From: Malacoraja senta
Taxonomy: Eukaryota
Direction: 5' to 3'
Assembly (NCBI GenBank): GCA_038087875.1
Contig: CM075993.1
Coordinates: 8,062,001 to 8,126,000 of the forward strand
DNA: 64,000 nt
Positions 1 to 13,115 of this stretch are shown one piece after another. The notes under the pieces are model-generated. The model was not told where the DNA came from. It worked only from the letters and a program-made list of their open reading frames with translations, and did no database searches. Each line of letters begins with the position of its first letter. The first letter of the stretch is position 1. Made by a program: the position numbers and the translations under genes.

Positions 1-558
1 AGTAATACAATTCTCTATATCTGTCATGCAAAGCAAACAGCATGTTTAGAACAAAAGCAGCATAATTTCAACAAAAACTAAAATGAGATTACCTTCAAAT
101 AATTTGGAACAGCTTTAGATGTTTCTGTCATTAAAATACAAATGTTCCCCAAAATAGAGCCCTTTTATTAACACACAAGCCTTTGGTATTTGTGCTTTGA
201 AATATCTTTTCAACTGCTGCTCTGCTAAACTGAGATCCAAGCAAACAATGAAACGATGATTGTCAGAGTTAAAACAGCCCCAGAAAGCATAAATCAGGCT
301 GAGTGAAAGATTTCAGTTTGAAGAAGGGACCCAACGCGAAACATCACTAATCCACGTTCTCCAGGGATGCTGCCTGACCCGCTGAGTTACTCCAGCACTT
401 TTGACCTTTCTTTTGCAAACAAGAATCTGCCGTTCCTAGTTTCTAAGTACCTCTGTTTACCTTTAAGAAAGTTTGTGTCTTTTTTTAAAAGCATAGATCA
501 GGAGTTTGTCTGGCATTCGGCAATATAGGGAGAACACTATCAATTTGAGAATGAATAA

Positions 559-712
559 AGGGCCTGTCCCACTTACGCAATTTTTTCGGCGACTTGCCAG
601 CACCCATCAGTCGCAGCAGGTCGCCAAAAATTTAAAAAATTTTGAAAATCCAGCTGTGACCAGAAAAAGGTACGACTCTTTGGGCAACTACTCACGACCA
701 AACAGGCGTCAC
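559..712. mobile_element. Partial PIF/Harbinger-type MITE (family B), left end
   Basis: TAA followed by AGGGCCTGTCCCACTTA terminus; interior matches 58259-58538 and 42415-42579; no right TIR seen. Confidence 0.7.
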
Positions 713-1242
713 AGAGGGGAAAGAAAACTACTGTATAATTGAAGAAGTCAATATAATTGAACCAAATCAGCTCGTGTTCAGGCGATTGTCATGTGGAAGC
801 ACTTGTTTGAATTGTGACTAAATGTGAAAGCACTTGTTTGAATTGTGGATTTGTGGTCATTTATAAGTAGGAGAAAATGGTCTTAAGATTGTCGAATTCT
901 ATGAATAAGATAGAAAGATGATAAAATCATACTCAAACAATACACGTCAGAATGTAGGAGAAAACAGCTTTAAAAGTATGATGAACAATAATCATGGGAT
1001 AGTGTGAACATTTTCACCAATTTCAAAATTAATTACAAGACTGGAATAATGAATAGATTTCAGAGCAGTGACAATTGATATATTTGCCACAAGTTTTGAA
1101 TTCCTAAACAATATTAATGATCTGATCGATTTTCAGGCATGCTTGTCCACTTTAATAGTTTTGTGAATTTGACGAGAAGGCAAAATCTGTTTTTTGAATT
1201 TTTACTTCATTGGTTACTTGATAAAATAAGGAAGGGGGAAAG

Positions 1243-1590
1243 TTTGCATTTGAAAAGCACCTTTCATGAAAACAGGACTTCTCAATGCTCCTTACACTCA
1301 ATTAAATGCTTCAGATGTGGAATCATTGTGGTAGCAATAGATATGGGAGTCAATTTGCCCACTGTAACATCCCAAAATCAGCTAAGCCACAGATAATCAG
1401 CTCAGTTATATTCATTGACATTGCCAACTGACACACCATCCATGTTCCTCTTTGAAATTGTGCTATGTGATCATTTGAATGGACAGAGGCCCAGTTTAAC
1501 GTCACATGTGAAAGACATTGCAGGATTCTCTAATACTGAACTAAAAAGACAGTTTAGATTTGTACGCTCAAATCTCATAAGTGAAAGTGC
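1243..1590 (-). mobile_element. Old DeuSINE (SacSINE1/AmnSINE-like) remnant
   Basis: Recognised by eye: GGCCCAGTTTAACGTCACATGTGAAAGAC and ...TACTGAACT...AGATTTGTACGCTCAA resemble the reverse-complement Deu domain; highly diverged. Confidence 0.55.
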
Positions 1591-1597
1591 ATTCTTA

Positions 1598-1925
1598 TGG
1601 CCCTGTCCCATGGTACGAGTTCATTCCAAGAGCTCTCCCGAGTTTAAAAAAATCAAACTCATGTAAGCACGGAGAATGAACGTAGCGGGTACATCGGAGC
1701 TCGGGGACGTCTCTTAGCGGCTCGTAACGCTAACGGCAGGTACTCGGGACGGCTCGCTAACGGCAGGTAAGCTCGGGAAGCCTCGTGAAGATTTTTCAAC
1801 ATGTTGAAAAATGTCCACGAGAGCCCCGAGTACCGACGAGCGGCAATTACCGTAAATCTCCGACATCGAATCAGGGCAAACTCGGGAGAGCTCTTGGAAT
1901 GAACTCGTACCATGGGTTGGGGCCA
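1598..1925. mobile_element. PIF/Harbinger-type MITE, family A copy 1
   Basis: ~50-bp TIRs TGGCCCTGTCCCATGGTACGAGTTCATTCCAAGAGCTCTCCCGAGTTT and its reverse complement; TTA/TAA flanks; no coding capacity. Confidence 0.85.
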
Positions 1926-1937
1926 TAAATTCAGTTC

Positions 1938-2243
1938 AGAGATACAACATGGAAACACGTCCTTCAGCCCACTGAGCCCACACAGACCATCAATCACCCG
2001 TACTTTAGGTCTATGTTATCCAACTTTCATATCCTACACACTAGGGGCAATTTACAGAGGCCAATTAACCTACAAACCTGTATGTCTTTGGAATGAGGGA
2101 CGAAACTGGAGCACCCGGAGAAAACTCACGCAGGTGCAGGGAGAACGTGCAAACTCCACATAGGCAGCACCCAAGTCAGGGTCAAACCTGGGTCTCTGGC
2201 ACTGTGAGGCAGCAGCTCTACCGCTGCTCCACTGTGCCACCCC
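1938..2243 (-). mobile_element. tRNA-derived V-SINE (HE1-like)
   Basis: Minus strand has A-box/B-box-like head (GTGGAGCAGCGG..GGTTTGACC), V-domain-like core and CR1-like tail. Confidence 0.85.
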
Positions 2244-2425
2244 CATTCTAATTCAGATACAAAAGGCCTAGCAATTGAGATTGAAGTAATGTAGTAATAG
2301 TTCTTTTAAAAGATGGTTTGCTCTCATTTACCAGTAAATACAGACAGTACGAGACTAATTGCAGTATCACTATTGCCACACTCACCTATAACTAAACAAA
2401 AATCAGAAAAGCTGCCACATACTAT

Positions 2426-2557
2426 TCAGTCTGAAGAAAGGTCTCGACCCGAAACATCGCCAATTCCTTCTCTCCATAGATGCTGCCTCACCCGCTGAGT
2501 TTCTCCAGCATTTTTTGTATACCTTCGATTTTTCCAGCATCTGCAGTTCTTTCCTAA
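2426..2557 (+). mobile_element. Penelope-derived hammerhead mini-element
   Basis: CTGAAGA-stem-GAAAC motif plus family 3' module; 9-bp TSD ACATACTAT (2417-2425, 2558-2566). Confidence 0.8.
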
Positions 2558-4980
2558 ACATACTATCAATAGTTCACAAGAGGATATAAAACTACAATTC
2601 CCACAATGCTTTGCCTAATTCCCAATTGGTCGTTGCTGCTTAAAGCTGAAATTCAAGTCTGAAGCAGCAATTCAGTCAGACAAAGCTGCAGCATTCGGGC
2701 AGACAAGAAAACTTTGCTCTGGTAGCACCACACGTGGAGGTGTGGAATTTAATCTGTGGAATAGACTCCACCCACTGCTACTTTCCTCAACAGTCACAAC
2801 AAATTATTTAAATGAGCTTGCACTTGCCGCAGTTGAGTCACTTCCATCAGTAATTTTCACATTGCCTACCTCATAACAAAACATTAAAGGTCAGGGAGCT
2901 TTACAGTAAAATAACCAGGTTTCAGCAGGTAACTATCATTAGCCCAGGAAACTTGAATGATCATTCCTTTGGTTCCTTTGTAAGATCTCAAAAAAGATCC
3001 ATTACATGTAAATCAGCACAATTCACAACAACACCACGGACAAGGGTAGCGCCACAAATTAAGACTTGGCGAGTTCAGTTTGTAATGAATGGACAAATAT
3101 GTTTTCTCTGTGGGATGCATTGAATATGCTTTGTGAAAACATGTGGGGAAAAAAATCAAATGAAAAGAATAAGCCACACTTATTTGGTTATCAATCATGA
3201 CATTTGGGCATGTGGGGAATGCAAATGCTCTATGGTTTTAACAGAGGTTACCTTTGTAAAGTACTTACTTTTAGAGCTTAACTGATAATATTTAGAAATA
3301 AAATAGTGCCCGACTGAAAAAGCAGAAACTTGCCTTTCGCTATATGAACATCCTGCCAAATAACACGAAAATAAGCGCTTAGATAATGTTTCTGCACACT
3401 ATCATGGTTTCTCGTTTGGTGAATCAATAAGTCGTGAGGCGCACATAAAATAAGCCGGTTAAAGAAAAAACTCATGTCACCAATTAATCAAAATTAAATC
3501 CCACTTTGTCTTAGGCAAAATAAATAAAGCTCAGAGGTCTGAGGCACAATATCTAGTTCGGAAAACATCCATGTCAATGACTGTAAATCTCTCAAATCTC
3601 TCAAACATACTTCTAACGGTTTACTTTTCAACTTTATCAAACGAAACATTGCAGCAGCACTCTATTGTGCTAGAAAGCAACAACACGTTCATGAGAAAAT
3701 GTTGTGCATCAATGTCTTAGTATGCTTTTTGGGCATGCATTTACAACTTGTACAAATAATTCACTACATGCCACACTAGCTGTCTGATAAAATTCAAATA
3801 TTATTTGCTTTAGGGTCTGTTTCCTCCATTGGCATTTCATTTGCATGTAAAAAACCATTAATTAAAACTTTATACATAACTGCACTTCCCCATCACATAT
3901 TCTTTTGTATGAAATAAAACTCATAGTTTTATTTCATATAAAGTGTGCAGCATTTAACCTATTATGCCCATCACACCACAATATAATTTTCAATGTAATA
4001 TGTTAAGAGGAGTTATGAAGAAATAGTTATCAATTATATACATTGCATTGATCTCCAAATAAACGCTTACATCATTTGTATAACTTAAACCTATCAGTTA
4101 ATAATACAACTACAAATTAGAACTGTTAGAACCCAGCAATGACCTTCTCATTTTCCACACAAATATATGTAGATGTTGAACTACTCAACAAGATCTGATT
4201 ATTCATATATAACACTAGCAAATGTTGCTAGCTACATCCCACGTAGCTAAGCTGAAATGAACCTACATCAGTAACTCAAGCAACATCATAAATCTGAATG
4301 GTAAGAGTCAAGAACCACAACGTTCACAAGGTGTGCAACACATAGTAAGCAAACTTTAGTCACATTTCACTACATAAGTTAGAATTTAAATTTACTTTAC
4401 AACCACCATCATGAACCTCCATAAATATCACATTGCAGCAAATCATGGCTTATTTTGGACCCGCCCAGACAAGAACAATGATCTGACCCTGGAATCTCAG
4501 TGCTGCAAATGGTATTCCACAACTTCACCCTCTTCTCTCCAGCTCCCTCAACACACCAGGGCTATTCAATAATTCATAGAAAGGCTACATCCATGAAAAT
4601 TATTTTCAGCACCTTAAATTGTTCTCTGTTTCTCTGTTGCAGTATCAAAATACCTCTCATTTATGCCTCAGAATAACTGCCCACTCATCTTCATAACATT
4701 CATTCTGACATAAATACCCATGCTTACCTAAACATTGCGCACTCACCTAAATTCCATGGTAGAATTTCTGAAGTATTTTTTAGAAATGTCTGCAACAATT
4801 GCACTTTATATTTATTCCATCAACTTTCAAAGCAACTTGCATAATGTATGGATATGGCAGCTGGCATAGGCAATTGGTTTCCATAAATAACGGGACTACT
4901 TTATGGTCAAATCGCGTATTTTAACAATAATCGCTAGACAATCGCGGACGACAGGGGAGCGGGGTTTCCTGCTCTATATA

Positions 4981-6338
4981 CAGTGACCTCCATAATGTTG
5001 GGGACAAAGACCAATAATTTATTTATTTGCTGCTGTACTCCACAATTTGAGATTTGTAATAGAAAAAATCACATGTGGTTAAAGTGCACATTGTCAGATT
5101 TTAATAAAGACCATTTTTATACATTTTGGTTTCACCATGTAGAAATTACAGCAGTGTTTCTACATAATCAACTGTTTCAAACATCATTAAGAAGAAAGAG
5201 AGCACTGGTGAGCTTACTAATCGCAAAGGGACTGGCAGGCCAAGGAAGACCTCCACAGCTGATGACAGAAGAATTCTCTCTATAATAAAGAAAAATCCAC
5301 AAACACCTGTCCGACAGATCAGAAACACACGTCAGCAGTCAGGTGTGGATTTGTCAATGATCACTGTCCGCAGAAGACTTCATGAACAGAAATACAGAGG
5401 CTACACTGCAAGATGCAAACCACTGGTTAGCCGCAAACATAGGATGGCCAGGTTAGTTTGCCAAGAGGTACTTAAAAGAGCAACCACAGTTCTGGAAAAG
5501 TCTTGTGGACAGATGAGATGAAGATTAACGTATATCAGAGTGATGGCAAGAGCAAAGTATGGAGGAGAGAGGGAACTGCCCAAGATCCAAAGCATACCAC
5601 CTCAACTGTGAAACACGGTGGTGGGGGTGTTATGGCCTGGGCATGAATGGCTGCTGAAGGTACTGGCTCACTTATCTTCATTGATGATACAACTACTGAT
5701 GAGAGTAGCATAATGAATTCTGAAGTGTATGGACACTTCCAATCTGCTCAAGTTCAAACAAATGCCTCAAAACCCATTGGCTGGCGGTTCATTCTACAGC
5801 AAGACAATGATCCCAAACATACTGCTAAAGCAACAAAGGAGTTTTTCAAAGCTAAAAAATGGTCAATTCTTGAGTGGCCAAGTCAATCACCCAATTGAGC
5901 ATGCCTTTTGTACGCTGAAGAGAAAACTGAAGGGGACTAGCCCCCCAAACAAGCATAAGCTAAAGATGGCTGCAATACAGGCCTGGCAGAGCATCACCAG
6001 AGAAGACACCCAGCAACTGGTGATGTCCATGAATCGCAGACTTCAAGCAGTCATTGCATGCAAAGATATGCAACAAAATACTAAACATGACTACTTTCAT
6101 TTACATTACATTGCTGTGTCCCAAACATTATGATGCCCTGAAATGGGGGGACTATGTATAAACACTGCTGTAATTTCTACACGGTGAAACCAAAATGTAT
6201 AAAAATGGCCTTTATTAAAATCTGACAATGTGCACTTTAACCACATGTGATTTTTGTTCTATTACAAATCACAAATTGTGGAGTAGAGGCAAATAAATAA
6301 ATGATGGGTCTTTGTCCCAAACATTATGGAGGGCACTA
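4981..6338 (+). mobile_element. Tc1-family (IR/DR type) DNA transposon, defective
   Basis: TA flanks, CAGTG start, ~180-bp TIRs; inner and outer direct repeats GTCCCAAACATTATG in the right TIR (~6118, ~6314); left inner repeat and transposase start are deleted. Confidence 0.95.
5170..6075 (+). pseudogene. Tc1 DD34E-type transposase pseudogene
   Basis: Motifs [41 protein letters not shown]; frameshifts and an in-frame stop. Confidence 0.95.
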
Positions 6339-7267
6339 TAAAACTAAATATTTCGCGTCCACCTGAAATAAAGTAGTCTTTATCTCGTCCAATAAATAAC
6401 CCATTTCTTCATACAATTAACAGGGTTAGGTGTAGCCTGATACAAAAAGAAAGTCAGCATAATGCAATGACCAGCTGGTTTGCAAACACCCAAGGTATCA
6501 TGTCAGGTCGCGGCTTTCAGTGTAACTCGGGACTACCGGAAATGCCACCGCTTGCACTAAGGTACATTGATCTTTAGCGCGAATAATGTTGCTTGTTTAT
6601 TTCTTCTCTGACTTCCCTGCACTTGCAAAGTTCAACAGGGGAGAGCATTTTAACGGAGCATTCCTACGGAAGGATTGCCGGACACGCTGCACATTTGTTT
6701 TCTGGCACAGATTTCGAATATTTCCAGCTGAATCTGAATGTTTTTGCAATGGGATCACCCCACAGTCTCCATTATGCCCGATGCCTGCTCTTCTCCCGCC
6801 CCTTAGAGCCACTCCAAGCCAAGCCCCCTAATCTCCACCCCCTCCCTGATCCCTCCCCTGTCCACACAAACACACAGTCCAGAACAGCAACTTTCCCCAT
6901 GGATCCACTAACCCCGCCCCAGCCTCGAGTCTCCTCCTCGGACGCCCTCAGCGCCAATCCCCGCTGGCCCTCGGCTCCTTTCTCTCCCCGGATGCCCCCC
7001 CCCCCCGGCCCCGATCGTCGGCTCGGCTGCTTGTCCGGACCCCCCTCTCCTCCCTCCTTTCCATCTCCTACCCGCCCCCTCCCCTCGCTTCCACAACAGC
7101 CTCCCGCCTCAGGCCCCTTGCTTGGCTTGATCTTCTTCCCAATCCCGCCTCCCCGGGCCCTCCCTCCTTCTTCCATCTCCCTCCCCTCCTCCTCCCTCCT
7201 CCCACCGCCCGCCCTCCCGCTCGGGGAGGCGCAATCCGGCGCCACCGATCGCCGGCCAGCCCCTTAC

Positions 7268-7780
7268 CCGCCCCCCCTCCCAAGCCACGACCGATCGGCC
7301 GCCGCGATGCGCTCCGCACGTTCCCCTTCACACACACACACACACACCGCCCCGGCCAAGCCGCCGCCGCCGCCTTCCCCACCGACCACGGCTCCGCCGC
7401 CCGCGCCTTTCGCAGCCCGAATGCGGAGCCGGGGGTGAGGGAGGGGGTGGGGGGCGATTGTTGTGCAGGCCGCGGGCTCGCTTGCTCCTTCGCTCCCTCT
7501 CACTCTCACACACACACACACACACACACACACGGAGCGGAGCGGGCAGCGCGGAGCCGCCCCCCCCCCCGCCCGCCCGCCCGGCCGGCACACAAACACC
7601 TCAGCCGCGCAGGCCTCCACTCACCGCTCCCGAGCCCCCGACAAAGATGCAGACTCCCGCTGCCCCTCCTTCCCTCAGGCGGAGAAATCCCGCGAACCCC
7701 CTCCAGCGGGGCCCGGGACGGGGGAGGGGGGGTAAAAAAAACCAAACAGCTCGGCGCTGAGGCCGCCGCTCCGTCCGCTC
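7268..7780 (-). other. Probable non-coding first exon of an unidentified gene running leftwards
   Basis: Donor CGG|GTAAGG on the minus strand (GT at 7267-7266) downstream of CCAAT/GC boxes in minus orientation; 5' boundary is a guess. Confidence 0.5.
7329..7532. repeat. Two (CA)n microsatellites (~7329-7347 and ~7507-7532)
   Basis: Directly visible. Confidence 0.95.
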
Positions 7781-8260
7781 ACTCCCCGCCTGTCAATCAC
7801 CGGCGGCGCCGCCGCGCAGGAAGTCCCGCCCTCCCCTCGCCTCCCCATTGGCCCCGGCCGGCGGCGGCTCGCATCCCCACTGGGCGGCGACCACGTCCAT
7901 CATCCGGCTACCGTCTGTAACCTGACAACCGCGCCCCGCCCACCCGAGCGACGTGATTGGCACCTGCCGGTACCGGATGTCCCGCCCTCCCTCAACACCC
8001 ATTGGCTGCTGTCTGAAGCCCCGCCCCCGGTGCGGCGCAAGGGGGCCGCTGCACTCCACCGGATGTCCCGCCCCTTCCGTGCGCCTATTGGTCTCGGTTT
8101 GAGATCCCGCCCCCCCGTGCCTGGCAGCCTAGTCGACCGCATGTCCCGCCCCTGCCATACGCTTATTGGCTGCCGTTGAGACCCGCCCACGTGGGGCTTC
8201 CGAGCAAGTGATTGGGGAAGCGCGCTGCCCATCAGGCGGCCCGGGCCCCGCCCCTTTTAT
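7780..8260 (-). promoter_or_regulatory. TATA-less promoter with clustered CCAAT, GC-box and ETS-like motifs
   Basis: ATTGG at 7847, 7956, 8001, 8087, 8165, 8211; about ten CCCGCC; CAGGAAGT/CCGGATGT at 7817, 7973, 8059. Confidence 0.8.
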
Positions 8261-8304
8261 CCTCCCCCAACCTCAAAAGAGCCGGGAGCCGCCCCTTTAT
8301 CCCG

Positions 8305-8635
8305 CACACAGTGGCGCAGCCTCCTCACAACTCACAGCGCCTCCGCCTCGCAGCGCCGGGGACCCGAGTTCGATCCCGACCTCGGGCGCCGTCTGCACCG
8401 TACCGAACCGTCTTTGCACATTCTGTGCTCTGCGTGGGTTTTCCCCGGGTGCCCCGGTTTCCTCCCACACTTTAAAGACGTACAGGTTTGTAGGTTAATT
8501 GGCTTCGGTGTAAATTGTCCCTAGTGTGTGTGTGCGTGTAGGATAGTGTTAGGGGATGCGGGGATGGTTGGTCAGCACGGACTCGGTGGGCCGAAGGGCC
8601 AGTTTCCGCGCTATATCTCTCTAAACTAACACTAA
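8305..8635 (+). mobile_element. V-SINE (HE1-like) at the CpG island edge
   Basis: GTGGCGCAG A-box, GAGTTCGATCCC B-box, GGTTTCCTCCCACAC core, (TAAAC)-like tail. Confidence 0.85.
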
Positions 8636-10001
8636 AATCCTGCTAAATTTAAGCAGGCGGGTGCATTGCCATTAGCTTGTTGCAACGTCTATCAATGCGA
8701 TGAGGAGGGGTTTGCTTTTAATAGCGGAAGTGCCACGACTGGTACTGGCTCTAATACAGGGGGGGAGTGGGTCACCATTTTTCCACAGTGCAAGCAGGCT
8801 AATGCAGTCAGTCTGTCAGTCCAAGACTGTCTCCGCTGACTAGTTTGTGGACGTGTATCCCCCTCTACAGCACAGCTCAGGCGAGTAATGCTCCAAGTGA
8901 CTTCCCCAAGCGCGACTGAACCCAGCTCTGCGGCTGACAATGCCAGTCAGGCTGGTGGGTTCAGCAGCTGGTTACCCCATGGTCATCTTTCCAACAGACT
9001 GCTTTTTGTCAGCACCATTTATCAATGCACTAACATTTCTGAGGAAGGGTCTCGACCCAATCCCTCTCTCCAGAGATGCTCCCTGGAGTTACTCCAGCAT
9101 TTTGTGTCTGTCTTTGGTTCAAACCAGCATCTGCATTTCCTTCCTACACATCTCATCTGCATTTCCTTCCTACACATTATAAATCTCTTCCCTGAACCTG
9201 AAGCTCTGATAACTGCGCTTTGGCACTCCTTATAGATTTTGGAACAGTACAGCAGTCGTATGTAATTCAAAAACGCTATTTATTCAGTCTAATTATAAAT
9301 CAGCAAACTTAATTTACTTCATGTCTATGTTATTTTTGATTATTGTAAGCAAACAGGTTGGTGTTGATGATTACCTGTGATTTAATAATTTAGAATATTT
9401 CTCTTTACCTAGAGAGGATCCTTTACAAATCAACATTGACATCATTTACCAAAATGCTGTACAGGAGCAGGAATGGAGTGTTTAGCCCAGAGTTTGTTCT
9501 AAGGCAGGTTATTGTACGGCCTTCATGGGATGAAATTGCTCCATGTAAAACACGGGCTAAATAATAGAGTTTTTGGTGCCGTAGCTTAAGGTTAGACACG
9601 CTGTCTAATCATACACTGCTTCAAAGCTTTAGCCAATGCCCCATTTACCCTCAGCAGCATATGTGCCTCCAAGCCTAAGAAACAGGGAAAAATACGTGCA
9701 GGAGTAGGCCATTTGGCCCTTCGAGCCAGCTGATCATCTTAAATCAGTACCCCGTTCCTGTTTTTTCCCTTTATCCCTTGATTCCTATGGTCCTAAGAGC
9801 TAATTTAGGACCCCGATCCCTATCCTACCTCGCCCATCACATCCGTCGTCAGTCTTTCTTCTCTGTCCTTGGCCCCTCAGAGTCATAGAGTGATGCAGCA
9901 TGGAAACAGGCCCAACTTGCCCACACCGGCCAACATGTCCCAGCTACACTCGTCCCACCTGCCTGTTGGTCCATATCCCTCCAAACCTGTCCTATCCATG
10001 T

Positions 10002-11920
10002 ACATAGAAACATAGAAAAATAGGTGCAGGCGTAGGCCATTCAGCCCTTTGAGCCAGCACCTAAAATCAGTATCCCGTTCCTGCTTTTTCCCCATATCCC
10101 TTGATTCCTTTCGTCTGAAGAGCTAAATCTCTCTTGAAAACATCCAGTGAATTGGCCTCCACTGCCTTCTGTGGCAGAGAATTCCACAAATTCACAACTC
10201 TCTGGGTGAAGATGTTTTTCCTCATCGCAGTCCTAAAGGGCCTACCCCTTATTCTTAAACTGTGACCCCTGGTTCTGGACTCCCCCAACATCAGGAATAT
10301 TTTTCCTGCATCTAGCCTGTCCAATCCTTTAAGAATTTTACATGTTTCTACAAGATCCCCTCTCATCCTTCTAAATTCCAGCAAATACAAGCGCAATCGA
10401 CCCATTCTTTCATCATATCTCAGTCCCACCATCCCGGGAATTAGCCTACGATGCACTGCCTCAGCAATAATGTCCATCCTCAAATTAGGAGACCAAAATT
10501 GCACCCAATACTCCAGGTGCGGTCTCACCAGGGCCCTGTACAACTGCAGTACAACAATTGCTCCCAAACTCAAATCCTCTCGCAATGAAGGCCAACATGC
10601 TTCTTCACTGCCTGCTGTACCTGCATGCTTACTTTCAGTGACTGATGTACAAGCACACCCAGGCCTCGTTGCACCTCCCCTTTTCCTAATCTGACACCAT
10701 TCAGATAATCTGCCTTCCTGTTCTTGCCACCAAAGTGGATAACCTCACATTTATCCACATTATACTGCATCTGCCCACTCACCCAACCTATCCAAGTCAC
10801 CCTGCAGCCTCATAGCATCCTTTTTGCAGCTCACACTGCCACCCAGCTTTGTGTCATCCGCTAACTTGGAGATGGCACATTTAATTCCATCGTCTAAATC
10901 GTTAATGTACATTGTAAATAACTGGGGTCCCAGCACCGAGCCTTGCGGCACCCCACTAGTCGCTGTCTGCCATCCTGAAAAGGACCCGTTAATTCTTACT
11001 CTTTGCTTCTTGTCTGCCAACCAGTTCAATGTTGGCAGACAAGTCAATTGTCAATTGTCAATTCCCTGCCCCCAATACCATGTGCTCTAATTTTGCACAC
11101 TAATCTCTTGTGTGGGACCTTGTCAAAGGCTTTATGAAAGTCCAGATACGCCACATCCACTGGCTCTCCCTTATCCATTGTACTTGTTACATCCTCAAAA
11201 AATTCCAGCAGATTAGTCAAGCATGATTTCCCCTTCATAAATCCATGCTGACTTTGACCGATCCTGTCACTGCTTTCCAAATGTGCTGCTATAACATCTT
11301 TAACAATCGACTCAAGCATCTTCCCCACTACCGATGTAAGGCTAACTGGTCTAAAATTCCCCATTATCTCTCTCCCTCCTTTCTTAAAAAGTGGGGTGAC
11401 ATTGGCTACCCTCCAGTCCACAGGAACTGATCCAGAGTCGATAAAACATTGGAAAATGATCACTGATGCATCCATGATTTCTAGGGCCATCTCCTTGAGT
11501 ACTGGGATGCAGGCCATCAGGCCCTAGGGATTTATCTGCCTTCAATCCCAACAGTTTACCAAAACCATTTCCTGACTAATGTGGATTCCCTTCAGTTCCT
11601 CCCTCCCACCAGATCCTCAGTCCCTAGTATTTTTGGAAGATTGTTTGTGTCTTCCTTAGTGAAGACAGAACCAAAGTACTTGTTTAACTGTTCTGGCATT
11701 GTAAGGGACCAACATTTGTCTTCACTAATCTTTTCTTTTTTACATATCTAAAGAAGCTTTTAGAGTCAGTTTTTATATTCCCTGCAAGCTTTCTTTCATG
11801 CTCTTCTTTCCCCTCTTAATTAACCCCTTTGTCCTCCTCTGAGTTGTAAATTTCTCCCAATCCTCCGGTTTGCTGCTTCCTTGGGCCAATTTATATGCCT
11901 CTTGGATTTAACACTATCCT
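10002..11920 (-). mobile_element. CR1-clade LINE (HER1-like), 5'-truncated and degenerate ORF2
   Basis: RT motifs FRPVSLTS, QHGF, DFHKAFDKV, GVPQGSVLGP, ADDTKL; C-terminal RTRGHSLRI..WNSLP; (CTATGTTT)n tail. Confidence 0.96.
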
Positions 11921-11990
11921 AGACTACTTGTAACTACTATGTTACCATTTTAGAATTGTATTGAAACTTCCAAAGAAATATATTTGGCAT

Positions 11991-12180
11991 AAGGTACACA
12001 AAAATGCTGGAGAAACTCAGCGGGTGCAGCAGCATCTATGGAGCGAAGGAAATAGGTAACGTTTCGGCCCGAAACTTTACCTATTTCCTTCGCTCCATAG
12101 ATGCTGCTGCACCCGCTGAGTTTCTCCAGCATTTTTGTGTACCTTTGATTTTCCAGCATCTGCAGTTCCTTCTTTAACAC
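11991..12180. mobile_element. Penelope-derived fold-back mini-element
   Basis: ~78-bp near-perfect inverted arms (11991-12145); 12-bp TSD TATATTTGGCAT (11979-11990, 12181-12192). Confidence 0.88.
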
Positions 12181-13115
12181 TATATTTGGCATTTTCATTT
12201 GGATCATGCGGTTAAAATGAGAAATGTTCATGGAATCCTGAATAGGATCACCATGGTAGATTCTTTCAGATTTATTATTCTGATCAATTAAAATTGAGAG
12301 CGCACCTAGTCCATGTCGAAGGAAAGTGTTTTGTTCCACACATCCAGATGGAGCATCTGTCCCAGATAAAGGAAGAGGTGGATTGGAAATATTCAATTTT
12401 GGCCCTTTCATCAATAGCTTCTAAAATATGGATGTAGCTGTCAAATACGGCCAATAGTCCATCACAAAGTGCTGGAGTAACTCAGTAGATCAGGCAGCCT
12501 GTGCGGAGGACACGGATAAGGTGATGTTTCTGCTATTCTTTACTTGTGCCATCTTCCTACACTAACCCTACATCAGTCTGAGGAAAGGTCCCTGACCAGA
12601 AAAGTTGCCTCTCCATTCACTCCTCAGATGCTGCCTGCCTCACTGAGATACTCCAGCACGTTGTGCTTTACTCAAGATTCCAGCATTTGCACTTGCTAGA
12701 GTCTCCAACTAAGGACAACAGCTTGTACCAATGTAGGATTTTTTTTTAAATTGCAGATAATGGGAAATCTGAAATAAAAACTAAATGTTGGAGAGACTCA
12801 GATGTTGGGGATCTATGGAGAAAGAAACAGTTAACATGTCAGATGGATGACCCATCGTAACAACATAAAAATGTTAACTTTTTTTCTTTTCCCAGATGCG
12901 GCTAATTTGAGCATTTTGTGGGGTTTTTTAAATCGTACCAATAATATGCTGCCAACATAAAAATACTCAGGAAACACAAAATACATGGGGAGAGAAAAAA
13001 GAAAGTCCCGGGTCAAAGAGGATGCAGAATGTTTAGGAAACAAAGTATGGTTATTAATGGGAAGATGGGAGGTGTGATGATTTATCGAGAGTCTGTAAAA
13101 CATTCAAGAATCAGT

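Larger units (their letters stand above)
6850..8300. promoter_or_regulatory. CpG island
   Basis: Very GC- and CpG-rich ~1.5 kb in an otherwise CpG-depleted background. Confidence 0.92.

Noticed and set aside
93..229. Possible minus-strand exon (CAG acceptor at 232-230, AAG|GTAATC donor at 92)
   Set aside because: Splice signals are plausible but common, and the peptide is not recognised; needs RNA evidence
6593..7920. Long Pro/Gly/Arg-rich ORFs (281, 161, 157 aa)
   Set aside because: Stop-codon scarcity in a CpG island plus CA repeats; several frames are open and no domain is recognisable
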